Translations under genes and position numbers: made by a program
In this document: piece by piece, positions 16,249 to 24,000 of the stretch
How positions within the stretch are numbered: the first letter of the stretch is position 1
Layout: each line of letters opens with the position of its first letter
The notes under the pieces: model-generated
Told to the model about the DNA's origin: nothing
Seen by the model: only the letters and a program-made list of their open reading frames with translations
The model's database searches: none
Assembly: GCA_964446295.1 (NCBI GenBank)
Contig: CAYUNR010000002.1
Coordinates: 2,211-26,210, forward strand
DNA length: 24,000 nucleotides
Direction: 5' to 3'
Source of the DNA: an uncultured Candidatus Finniella sp.
GTDB lineage: Bacteria > Pseudomonadota > Alphaproteobacteria > Paracaedibacterales > CAITNM01

Positions 16249-18357
16249 CTACTCAAGCTGACCAAGAGATCGGATTTTTACTTTCGGGTGCACTTCATTC
16301 TGCGACATAATAACTACGGAAGGGCGTACTCTTTCAAGAATCGATCTGATGAATGAACGAATATAGGCAGTGGTTACAAGAACTGGCATTTCGCCCATCA
16401 TTGCGAGGCGGTCATAGGTTTCATTACAACGGAAAATAAATTCCTGCATCTGGCTAGGGGGCAGGGCTAATTGACGTGCATCTCCATCACCGACAACGGA
16501 ATCGCTGATGATTTGTTCCCATTGTGGGCTTAGGGTGACAATATTTAAAACGCCTTCGTTGTCAGCGTTACTAAAAGTAATTTGTCTGCTTAAGCGTAGT
16601 CGCACGTGTTCCGTAATGGTTACAATGTTTCTTGAAAAATTACACGCTTCGGCAATGCCTTCAAGAATTGTTGGAAGATCACGAATTGAAACACGTTCAC
16701 CAACCAGATTTTGCAACACGCGTTGAATGCCGCCTACTGTAATTTGTCCTGGAACAATATCATTTAGAAGTTTTTTGTAGGTTTCGCTCATATCATCAAG
16801 TAATTTTTGAACATCAGCAAAGGTAACTAGTTCGCCGATATTATCTTTAATAACTTCTGTTAGATGGGTTGTTAGAACTACTGATGGTTCAACTATAGTG
16901 TAACCTAGATTTTCAGCATCTGCTTTCACTGAGCCAGAAATCCACATTGCTGGCAATCCAAAGCTTGGTTCCCTTGTGTGCTCACCTATTAATGTAATTG
17001 GTTCCGCGCGAGGATCCATAACCATTAGATCTCCTGGTTTTAAGTATCCTTTCCCGGCATCTAATTCTTTTATGCGGATGACATATTCATTATTACCAAG
17101 TTGCATATTGTCTTGGATACGAACTTGAGGAAGATAAATACCCATTTCTTGCTGTAGCTGCGTACGCAGATTTTTAATTTGCTCACCAAGTTGTCTATTT
17201 TTTTCACCATTTAAAAGTGTTAATAAGCCATAGCCCAATTCAAGACGAATCATATCTAACGGTAGAGATATTGCAGGTGCTGATGTTTGTTCTAAGGATT
17301 TTTGATTATCATCGGTGTCTTTAGTATGTTTATCGAGATTATCTTTATTTTCAACATTCAGCTGTTCTTGGTATGAATTCCACGAGGCATATCCAGCAAG
17401 AGACGCTAAAATTACAAATGGCATGATAGGAATGCCAGGTAGTAAACCCATTGCTGCCATTACAAAAGAAGCCATTCCTAAAGCAGTGGGATAAGCGCTT
17501 AATTGGCGATACAAAGCTTTATCAGTTGCTCCTTCAATACCAGCTTTAGATACCAACAAACCAGAAGCCATAGAAACAATAAGCGCAGGAATCTGGGTTA
17601 CTAAGCCATCACCTACTGTTAAAAGCGTATAGGTATGAAATGCATCGCCAAAACTCATGTTGTTTTGAGCAACCCCAATAATAATTCCACCAATAATATT
17701 GATGAATGTGATCAGTAGTCCTGCTATCGCATCTCCGCGCACAAACTTGGCAGCACCATCCATTGCTCCATAAAAATTACTCTCAGATTCAATTTCTTTG
17801 CGACGTCTGCGTGCTTCAGGCTCGTCAATCATTCCAGCGGCTAAATCCGCATCAATAGCCATTTGTTTACCTGGCATTCCATCTAAACTAAATCTGGCAG
17901 CAACTTCAGCGATACGCCCTGAACCCTTGGTAATAACCACGAAGTTTACAATGATTAAAATAATGAAAACTACTATTCCAATAACAAAATTGCCTCCAAT
18001 TACAAATTGACCAAAGGCCTCAATGACTTTGCCTGCAGCAGATGTACCTTCATGTCCATGAGATAAAATTAATCTAGTTGAGGCCACGTTCAAAGATAAA
18101 CGGATCATTGTGGCTATAAGAAGAACAGTAGGAAATGAGCTAAATTCATTAGGTTTCATAATGAATAGTGATGTCATTAAAATCATTACTGAAAAAGTGA
18201 TGGAAAGCGCTAAAGCAAAATCCATTAATGGTTTTGGCATTGGCATTAGCAAAACAACCATGATGATAAGAACGCCAACAGCGAATGATATATCGGCTCT
18301 TTTTATCAGATCAGCAAAGCTAGGAGCGGTAGCTTTGAACTCAATTGCAGCTGCCAT
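16249..18357 (-). CDS. flhA: Flagellar type III export apparatus protein FlhA
   Basis: 702-aa ORF of the FHIPEP family. It has an N-terminal 8-TM region with GNFVIG..VF.IL.IVNF.VITKG..RIAEVAARF.LD.MPGKQM.IDADL and a large C-terminal cytoplasmic domain. Confidence 0.95.
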   Translation of the reverse strand: MAAAIEFKATAPSFADLIKRADISFAVGVLIIMVVLLMPMPKPLMDFALALSITFSVMILMTSLFIMKPNEFSSFPTVLLIATMIRLSLNVASTRLILSHGHEGTSAAGKVIEAFGQFVIGGNFVIGIVVFIILIIVNFVVITKGSGRIAEVAARFSLDGMPGKQMAIDADLAAGMIDEPEARRRRKEIESESNFYGAMDGAAKFVRGDAIAGLLITFINIIGGIIIGVAQNNMSFGDAFHTYTLLTVGDGLVTQIPALIVSMASGLLVSKAGIEGATDKALYRQLSAYPTALGMASFVMAAMGLLPGIPIMPFVILASLAGYASWNSYQEQLNVENKDNLDKHTKDTDDNQKSLEQTSAPAISLPLDMIRLELGYGLLTLLNGEKNRQLGEQIKNLRTQLQQEMGIYLPQVRIQDNMQLGNNEYVIRIKELDAGKGYLKPGDLMVMDPRAEPITLIGEHTREPSFGLPAMWISGSVKADAENLGYTIVEPSVVLTTHLTEVIKDNIGELVTFADVQKLLDDMSETYKKLLNDIVPGQITVGGIQRVLQNLVGERVSIRDLPTILEGIAEACNFSRNIVTITEHVRLRLSRQITFSNADNEGVLNIVTLSPQWEQIISDSVVGDGDARQLALPPSQMQEFIFRCNETYDRLAMMGEMPVLVTTAYIRSFIRSILERVRPSVVIMSQNEVHPKVKIRSLGQLE

Positions 18358-18368
18358 TCTGTTTTCTC

Positions 18369-19673
18369 CTATAGGTAAGTGGAAGAAACATTAGAGTCTG
18401 AATATTCTTTTAGCTTATTTCGTAGTGTGCGAATAGAAATTCCTAAAATATTCGCTGCATGTGTTCTATTTCCAAGACAGTGATCCAAAGTATGTAGTAT
18501 TAATTCACGTTCCACTTCAGCAACTTTCCTGCCTACTAAAATTGGATTAGAATCAGGTTTTTCTGATGATACAGGCCCATTTATTCCAAAAATATCTTCA
18601 GGTGTAATGGTGTCCTCTTGAGCCATAAGGACAGCTCTATGAATACTATTCTCTAATTCACGAACATTACCAGGCCAACTATGAGCAAGTAGATTATCAA
18701 GAGCAAACGTGGATAATTTTTTTGGACTAATAAGATTCAGTTCGCAATACTTTTGAATAAAATACGTTGCTAACGGTTCAATATCACCTGGGCGCTCGCG
18801 AAGGCTTGGCATTTGAATATTTACCACATTCAGGCGAAAATATAAGTCTTCTCGGAACTCTTGTGCTTTTACAGCTTCCAGCATATTGCGATTTGAAGTG
18901 GCAATAATACGAATATCAATGCGAATAGGGTGTGCGCTTCCAACGCGATCAATGACCCTTTCTTGCACTGCACGTAAAAGTTTAGCCTGTAGTCGAGGAT
19001 GCATTTCAGTAACTTCATCCAGTAATAGAGTGCCACCTGAAGCTTCTTCAAATTTTCCTATACGTCTAGCAATTGCACCTGTAAAAGATCCTTTTTCATG
19101 ACCAAATAATTCTGATTCAAGCAAATTTTCTGGGATGGCAGCACAATTTATAGAAATAAATGGACGTTCTCTTCGTTTTGATTGTTGATGAATAAAATTT
19201 GCCATTATTTCTTTGCCAGTTCCTGATTCACCGGTAATTAAGATATTTGCTTCACTTGGTGCAATTCTGTTCGCAAATGTTAATATTTGCTTTGTTTTAG
19301 GATCATTATGAATAACGTATAAATCTTCTCTTGTTACGGCCTGAAGCACTGCTGCAATTAATTCCGGATCTGGTGGTAAGGTAATATATTCTTTTGCACC
19401 TGCACGAATTGCTTCAGCAGCACGATCTGGGTCTGGTGTTACGCCACATGCAACTACAGGAATAACAATACGCTCATTTTTTATCGCAGTTAAAAATTTG
19501 AAAATATCCAGCGTTAAATCAACCATGACCATGTCAGCGCCTTTTCCAGAACGCAAACTTTCAAGTCCCTCGTCAATTTCAGGAACATGTGAAACCTTCG
19601 CTCCACTTGCAATTGCAATTTTTGCAGCTGAGCTGACATATCCATTCAAAGATCCAACAATTAATAAACGCAT
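18369..19673 (-). CDS. flbD: Sigma-54-dependent transcriptional activator, FlbD-type (degenerate receiver + AAA+ + HTH)
   Basis: Walker A GESGTGKE, sigma-54 contact loop ESELFGHEKGSFTGA, Walker B TLLLDEV, and C-terminal HTH AANILGISIRTLRNKLKEY. The N-terminus MRLLIVGSLNG...GAKVSHV resembles Caulobacter FlbD as I remember it. Its position inside the fliF operon also fits. Confidence 0.8.
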   Translation of the reverse strand: MRLLIVGSLNGYVSSAAKIAIASGAKVSHVPEIDEGLESLRSGKGADMVMVDLTLDIFKFLTAIKNERIVIPVVACGVTPDPDRAAEAIRAGAKEYITLPPDPELIAAVLQAVTREDLYVIHNDPKTKQILTFANRIAPSEANILITGESGTGKEIMANFIHQQSKRRERPFISINCAAIPENLLESELFGHEKGSFTGAIARRIGKFEEASGGTLLLDEVTEMHPRLQAKLLRAVQERVIDRVGSAHPIRIDIRIIATSNRNMLEAVKAQEFREDLYFRLNVVNIQMPSLRERPGDIEPLATYFIQKYCELNLISPKKLSTFALDNLLAHSWPGNVRELENSIHRAVLMAQEDTITPEDIFGINGPVSSEKPDSNPILVGRKVAEVERELILHTLDHCLGNRTHAANILGISIRTLRNKLKEYSDSNVSSTYL

Positions 19674-19685
19674 ATTTTTATTCCC

Positions 19686-20093
19686 TTATGTTTTACTTTT
19701 AGTTTTAATAATCTCTGTCATTGTAATGCCAAGTTTATCTTCAACCATAACAACTTCCCCACGGGCAATCAGAAGGTTATTGACATAGATATCAATTGCT
19801 TCACCTACGCGCCGATCAAGTTCAATAACGGCTCCTCGTCCAAGTTTTAATAACTGATGAACTGGCATTCGAGCGCTGCCTAAAACAGCTGAAACCATAA
19901 CAGGAACTTCAAACACGGCTTCCAAGTCTTTTGGCTCATGGCTGTCAGAAATTAAGTCTTTTAGTTGCTCTGTGTTAACAGTCGTGTCTTCTTCAAATTT
20001 GTCCGACCAAGATGTTGATAGTGCATCGTGAATGACATTTTTTTTGCTAAAATCTGTCATTGTTTCATTTCCTGGATTATCTACATTATCCAT
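19686..20093 (-). CDS. fliN: Flagellar motor switch protein FliN
   Basis: The C-terminal SpoA domain VPVMVSAVLGSARMPVHQLLKLGRGAVIELDRRVGEAIDIYVNNLLIARGEVVMVEDKLGITMTEII is canonical FliN. Confidence 0.9.
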   Translation of the reverse strand: MDNVDNPGNETMTDFSKKNVIHDALSTSWSDKFEEDTTVNTEQLKDLISDSHEPKDLEAVFEVPVMVSAVLGSARMPVHQLLKLGRGAVIELDRRVGEAIDIYVNNLLIARGEVVMVEDKLGITMTEIIKTKSKT

Positions 20094-20754
20094 GGTGCTC
20101 TCCTTGTTCTACATAAGCATTCAGATATTCTTGCATCTTTAACTCAACTTCTTGATACCGTGTCTCTAGATTCCATTGTGCGCCTCCACCATTCCATTCA
20201 ATTTTACATGTGTTATCTATAAGCTCATTAGTTTTTATAATGTTTATCGTTTCAGGATAAGTAGAACATAAATTTTTTAAATGCTCCAACGTCTCCTCAT
20301 AAATAAATTCAGGAACTTTCACTTGAATAGGCATATGAATTATTAATGATTCAACAATTTCTTTTAAAAATTTTTTCATTTCTTTTTGGCCATGTTTTTT
20401 AAAAAAGAAAGGCATAGATTTACTGAGAACCGCTGAGCAAACTCTTAAAATACTTGAGAAAAAATTTTCAGAAAAAATTTTTTCTACTTTTATAATTTCT
20501 TTTAGAGAACTTTCAATTTCTAAAAGAGCTTTTTGAACAATGGTATCAATTTCTCTGGTAGCTTTTAGCTCTCCTTGAGATACCCCTAATTCAATTCCTT
20601 CGTTGAACCCTTTTGTGTAACCTTCAGATTCTGCATTCTTTATATCTTCTTCAGTAAAGATGAGTTGATTATTTTCTATAGCAAACTCACGCATTATTAG
20701 CGGTGTCGAGTTTTTACTGATGAAATTTGTATAAATTTTATTTTTATGTTCCAT
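20086..20754 (-). CDS. fliH: Flagellar assembly protein FliH (FlbE/FliH-like)
   Basis: 222-aa ORF between fliG and fliN, overlapping fliN by 8 nt. The N-terminal block AESEGYTKGFNEGIELGVSQGE matches the FliH GY.EG...G motif. The remaining similarity is weak, so the call rests mainly on context. Confidence 0.6.
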   Translation of the reverse strand: MEHKNKIYTNFISKNSTPLIMREFAIENNQLIFTEEDIKNAESEGYTKGFNEGIELGVSQGELKATREIDTIVQKALLEIESSLKEIIKVEKIFSENFFSSILRVCSAVLSKSMPFFFKKHGQKEMKKFLKEIVESLIIHMPIQVKVPEFIYEETLEHLKNLCSTYPETINIIKTNELIDNTCKIEWNGGGAQWNLETRYQEVELKMQEYLNAYVEQGEHHG

Positions 20755-20756
20755 AA

Positions 20757-21794
20757 CTACTCGACCAACTGTTCACCTTTTTCAGAGCCATTGTTAATGC
20801 TAATTTCATTACAAGCGGCTAAGTTTTTTGCAATCATTACAATTTCATTCTGTGCTTTTTCCACGTCTTTTAATCTTACCAACCCTAGATTGGCCATTTC
20901 ATCTAATAAGAGTTTTGCTCCGCGTTCCGACATATTTTTAATAAATTTCTCTTTAATTCGATCTTGAGTACCTTTTAGGGCAATTGCTAGTTTAGATTTG
21001 TCTATAGACCTTAGTATTATTGTAATACTTGTTTTATCTAGTTGAACTATGTCTTCAAAGGTAAACATTAAATTGCGAATTCTTTCAGCTATTTCTGGTT
21101 TTTTTTCTTCAAGTCTATTTAGCAAACGCATTTCTGATGTGCGGTCTAGATTATTAAATACCTCCGCAACTATCTCATATGGATCTTTCTTTACAGATCT
21201 ACCTAATGTGCTAATAAATTCTCGGTGCAAAGTATTTTCTATTTCTTCAATGACTTCTCTTTTAACAGTATCCATACGCAATAAACGTATAACTATTTCA
21301 TCTGCCATAGTTTCAGGTAAACAAGAAAGAACTTTTGCTGAAGTCTCAGGGCGTATACGGGATAAAATAACAGCAACAGTTTGTGGGGATTCATTCTTAA
21401 GATATCCTGCCAATATTTCTTCATCTACGCTGCTAAGCTTATCCCATAAGTTTTTACCTGCAGGTCCACGAACATCATCAATAATCTTATCAACTTCACT
21501 TTGTGTCATGAGTTTTAAAAGTAAGCGTCTTGTGCTTTCTACAGAACCAACCAACGACCCTGTACTTGATATTTCATTGACAAATTCAACGCATAAGGTT
21601 TCAACCTTTTCAGAACTTACTGTGCCCAAGTTTGCCATGGCTTGTGATAAATCTTTTACTTCTTCTGTTTCTAGATAAGAAAATATTTTTTGCACTTGTT
21701 CATCTGGAAGAGAGAACATCATAATTGCTGCTCTTTCATTTCCTGAATAGCTAACTTTTTCTTCTTTCATGATGTTTAAGAATTTTTCAGTCAT
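20757..21794 (-). CDS. fliG: Flagellar motor switch protein FliG
   Basis: 345-aa ORF. SGNERAAIMMFSLPDEQVQKIFSYL...EVKDLSQAM and the C-terminal MFTFEDIVQLD...IL..I....LA.ALKG......EKF..NMS.R.A..L.DEM are typical FliG. Confidence 0.9.
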   Translation of the reverse strand: MTEKFLNIMKEEKVSYSGNERAAIMMFSLPDEQVQKIFSYLETEEVKDLSQAMANLGTVSSEKVETLCVEFVNEISSTGSLVGSVESTRRLLLKLMTQSEVDKIIDDVRGPAGKNLWDKLSSVDEEILAGYLKNESPQTVAVILSRIRPETSAKVLSCLPETMADEIVIRLLRMDTVKREVIEEIENTLHREFISTLGRSVKKDPYEIVAEVFNNLDRTSEMRLLNRLEEKKPEIAERIRNLMFTFEDIVQLDKTSITIILRSIDKSKLAIALKGTQDRIKEKFIKNMSERGAKLLLDEMANLGLVRLKDVEKAQNEIVMIAKNLAACNEISINNGSEKGEQLVE

Positions 21795-21796
21795 AC

Positions 21797-23428
21797 CTAT
21801 TTATCCGAATACATCCAAGATCTAATAATTGAAACAGCTTCTTCTGGGTGTCGATCAACAAGTTCTGCAATTTTTTTAGTCGATGATTGATTAACCATTC
21901 CTTCAATATGGTCTATATTGATCGGGGGTTGTGCTTGCTTTGAGCTTGTAGATCTATTTGTATTTGATTGTTCTTCCACATGAATTTTTGTGGAGCTGTC
22001 AGATGAAATTTCTGAATTACCTGATAGTGCTCTAGAGGAAGTTGTTCTCATTAAAGATGAGATAAATGGTTTAACTACCGTAAACAAGCCAATTAAAACA
22101 ACAAGTGCTGTAATGCTTAATTCTGCTAACTTATTTAAATTTAGGCCAAAAAATGGATTTTCTTGCTTTTCTGGAATAGTATCTTGTGGAAATTCGCTGA
22201 ATTTTAAGTTAACTAAACTCACAACGTCACCGCGATCTTCTTTATATCCTGTTGCAGTTTTCACTAAGTCTTTTAGTTTACTCAATTCCTCATCTGATCT
22301 TGGTTGATATTCTTGAGTGCCATCATCTTTCTTTTTGTAATTTCCATCAACCATAACTGCAATTGATAATCGCTTTATAGTGCCCAATTCTTTGACATAC
22401 GTTTTTGTAGTATTTGAAATTTCATAATTGATATTTTCTTCAATATTGCTAGTTTGATTTTTATTGTTATTACCAGTATTTCCCTGTCCTTCTTGCCCAA
22501 CAGGCAAAGAGTTTTGAATGGAAACAGCATCACTAGAAGCAGATTTTTCGCTTGTGCTGACACCTTCTTCATTGATTATTTGATTTTTTACAACTTGTCC
22601 TTCAGGGTCAAATAATACAGATGTTGATGAAACTTGATCAAAGTCCATATCGACAGAGACTTCCGCTCTGGTTTTATTTAATCCAAGCGTGCGATCTAGT
22701 AGTGCTTCAATTGACCTTGAAATGCGTTGTTCATATTCACGTTGAGTTGTTTGTTGCACTGTAAGATTATCTTTTGTTTCCGCAGAATCTTTTCCTCGGG
22801 CAAGCAAGTTTCCTCGGTCATCTACTATTGAAACTTGATCTAAAATTAAGCCAGGAACTGCTGAAGCAACTAAGTAGCGAATTGACTGAACTTGAGTTGC
22901 AGAAAGAACAGCTACACCTTTCATACGTATCATTACTGATGCGGAAGGTTCCTGCTTGTTTTCGCTAAAAAGTTCGCGTTTAGGAATGACGAGATGCACA
23001 CGTGCAGCTTGTATCCCTTGAATAGTTTGGACTGACTTTCCAAGTTCTCCTTCTAAAGCTCTGATCTGATTGATACCTAATAGAGCATTAGTTGTGCCTA
23101 AAATATCTTGCTTGTCAAAAATTTCATATCCTACCCCACCACCAGATGGCATGCCACTTTGTGCTAATTCCATCCGTAATCTTGAAATATCATCTATAGG
23201 AGCATAAATTTGTGTTCCGTCACCTTTGACTTCAAAAGGGATTCCCATAGTTTTTAATTTTTCTAAGACACGGCCACCTTCGGCTGCTTCTATTTGATTA
23301 TATAGCAAGGCCATTTCGGTTTGATTCGCACGCACCATGATGTAACCAAAAAACGTCATTAAACCAAGGCCAATTCCAGCCATAGTTATAACGCGGCTGG
23401 TGCCAAAACGCTGCAGGATTTCGTTCAA
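21797..23428 (-). CDS. fliF: Flagellar M-ring protein FliF
   Basis: 543-aa ORF with a TTG start. It has an N-terminal TM segment and conserved FliF blocks: LY..I...EGG.V...L....IP, NQIRALEGELGKSVQTIQGIQAARVHLVIPK..LF and PSASVMI. A second TM lies near the C-terminus. Confidence 0.9.
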   Translation of the reverse strand: MNEILQRFGTSRVITMAGIGLGLMTFFGYIMVRANQTEMALLYNQIEAAEGGRVLEKLKTMGIPFEVKGDGTQIYAPIDDISRLRMELAQSGMPSGGGVGYEIFDKQDILGTTNALLGINQIRALEGELGKSVQTIQGIQAARVHLVIPKRELFSENKQEPSASVMIRMKGVAVLSATQVQSIRYLVASAVPGLILDQVSIVDDRGNLLARGKDSAETKDNLTVQQTTQREYEQRISRSIEALLDRTLGLNKTRAEVSVDMDFDQVSSTSVLFDPEGQVVKNQIINEEGVSTSEKSASSDAVSIQNSLPVGQEGQGNTGNNNKNQTSNIEENINYEISNTTKTYVKELGTIKRLSIAVMVDGNYKKKDDGTQEYQPRSDEELSKLKDLVKTATGYKEDRGDVVSLVNLKFSEFPQDTIPEKQENPFFGLNLNKLAELSITALVVLIGLFTVVKPFISSLMRTTSSRALSGNSEISSDSSTKIHVEEQSNTNRSTSSKQAQPPINIDHIEGMVNQSSTKKIAELVDRHPEEAVSIIRSWMYSDK

Positions 23429-23496
23429 GGGGTTGCCTAATTTGCTTGTTTATACCCTTAAGGTAGTCCGAAGAGTTAAATAATTGGTTAACAACC

Positions 23497-23511
23497 CGGC
23501 AAATTTTGCCG
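23497..23511. promoter_or_regulatory. Perfect 7-1-7 palindrome CGGCAAA-T-TTTGCCG upstream of fliF; candidate regulator-binding site
   Basis: This is the most GC-rich element in an otherwise AT-rich 155-nt intergenic region. The 12-mer AAATTTTGCCGA recurs exactly 30 bp away at 23531..23542. Confidence 0.4.
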
Positions 23512-23531
23512 AAATAAAATTATTTAAGGAA

Positions 23532-23568
23532 AATTTTGCCGACTTACTGCGTAGTGGTCAGCAAAATT
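23532..23568 (-). terminator. Possible intrinsic terminator of the upstream substrate-binding-protein gene
   Basis: Minus-strand RNA AAUUUUGCUGAC-(13 nt)-GUCGGCAAAAUU forms a 12-bp stem with one G:U pair, followed by UUCCUUAAAUAUUUUAUUU. It begins 16 nt after the stop at 23584. The U tract is interrupted, so this is tentative. Confidence 0.35.
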
Positions 23569-23583
23569 AGGGGGAAAGAGATG

Positions 23584-24000
23584 TTATTCTTTGATAATTT
23601 TTTTAAAAAACTGAGTTTCAAGCTTATGAATATCTCCGTTTTTAATCATATCTCGTATTTTTTCATTGATAGGCTCAAGTAGAGAGGATCCTTTTGGTAA
23701 GGCTATTGAAAAAGTGATAACAGTTTCTTCTATGGGGATAATTTTTAAATCAGGGTTGATGCTTTGTAATTCATATGCTTCTGAGTATCCCGTAACAATT
23801 GCTTGGCATTTTCCTTCATGTAATGCATCTAGAAGTTCAAAAAATTTTGAGCGCATTAGTAGCTTAACATCTTTAAAATGGGTTTTTAGATCATTCACGT
23901 AAGTAGTTCCTGATTCCACTCCAACCGTCTTGTTAGATATGTCATCAAGATTGCGTATTGATGTTGCGAATGGGACAACGACTACAGTCATTGAACGATG
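23584..24000 (-). CDS. Periplasmic substrate-binding protein (family 3, amino-acid ABC-transporter type), C-terminal part; 5' end outside window
   Basis: KTVGVESGTTYVNDLKTHF.DVKL........ELLDALHEGKCQAIVTGYSEA...Q..NPDLKII fits the polar amino-acid SBP pattern (G...GT.......... A...G..DA.v.D). The frame stays open to the window edge. Confidence 0.65.
   Translation of the reverse strand, partial: HRSMTVVVVPFATSIRNLDDISNKTVGVESGTTYVNDLKTHFKDVKLLMRSKFFELLDALHEGKCQAIVTGYSEAYELQSINPDLKIIPIEETVITFSIALPKGSSLLEPINEKIRDMIKNGDIHKLETQFFKKIIKE

Noticed and set aside
21049-21678. 209-aa ORF on the plus strand, antisense to fliG. Similar antisense ORFs occur at 717..1073, 1323..1577, 9571..9906, 18110..18394, 19498..19788 and 21990..22307.
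   Set aside because: All lie entirely within well-supported genes on the opposite strand. Their translations are low-complexity (S/L/I/F-rich) with no motifs. They are typical shadow ORFs of AT-rich coding DNA.
23444-23457. GG-N10-GC spacing on the minus strand (AAGGGTATAAACAAGCA), resembling a sigma-54 -24/-12 promoter before fliF.
   Set aside because: Only the GG and GC dinucleotides match. The flanks do not fit TGGCAC/TTGC, and the -12 element is 16 nt from the TTG start, leaving no leader. In the Caulobacter paradigm, fliF-type class II operons are not sigma-54 dependent.
23476-23492. CtrA-box-like TTAA-N8-TTAAC (TTAAATAATTGGTTAAC) upstream of fliF.
   Set aside because: The established CtrA consensus has a 7-nt spacer and this one has 8. 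TTAA is also frequent by chance in AT-rich DNA. This is not enough evidence.

Overview
AT-rich, tightly packed bacterial chromosome segment with about 27 CDS and 1 tRNA, mostly on the minus strand. Gene content and order look alphaproteobacterial: rpsF-rpsR-(membrane protein)-rplI, fliF-fliG-fliH-fliN-flbD-flhA, cyaY, and a ProP-like MFS transporter. A host-associated Rickettsiales/Holosporales-like organism is plausible, but that is inference only. Left to right: the 3' end of a degenerate LytM/M23 gene and murJ (+). Then a ribosomal-protein operon, an AhpD-like gene and an MFS transporter (-). Then a csaA-terminated four-gene operon whose three upstream genes (DUF6194-like, GNAT, SAM-methyltransferase) are bracketed by a 36-nt direct repeat of the csaA start. 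Next come an orphan secreted protein with a near-consensus promoter, aspartate aminotransferase, and an Smr protein (+). A tRNA-Ala then leads the operon methyltransferase-cyaY-ABCB exporter-eptA (-), followed by recO (+). A compact flagellar class-II-type operon with a sigma-54 activator follows (-), and the window ends with the 3' part of a substrate-binding protein gene (-). I saw no CRISPR array, IS element, transposase, integrase or rRNA. The most unusual parts are the repeat-bracketed cassette and orphan secreted protein (6.0-9.1 kb), the overlapping cyaY/ABC-exporter/eptA arrangement, the degenerate LytM and FlbD receiver domains, and a repeated GC-rich motif upstream of fliF. All family assignments come from reading the translations and remembered motifs. 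No searches were run.
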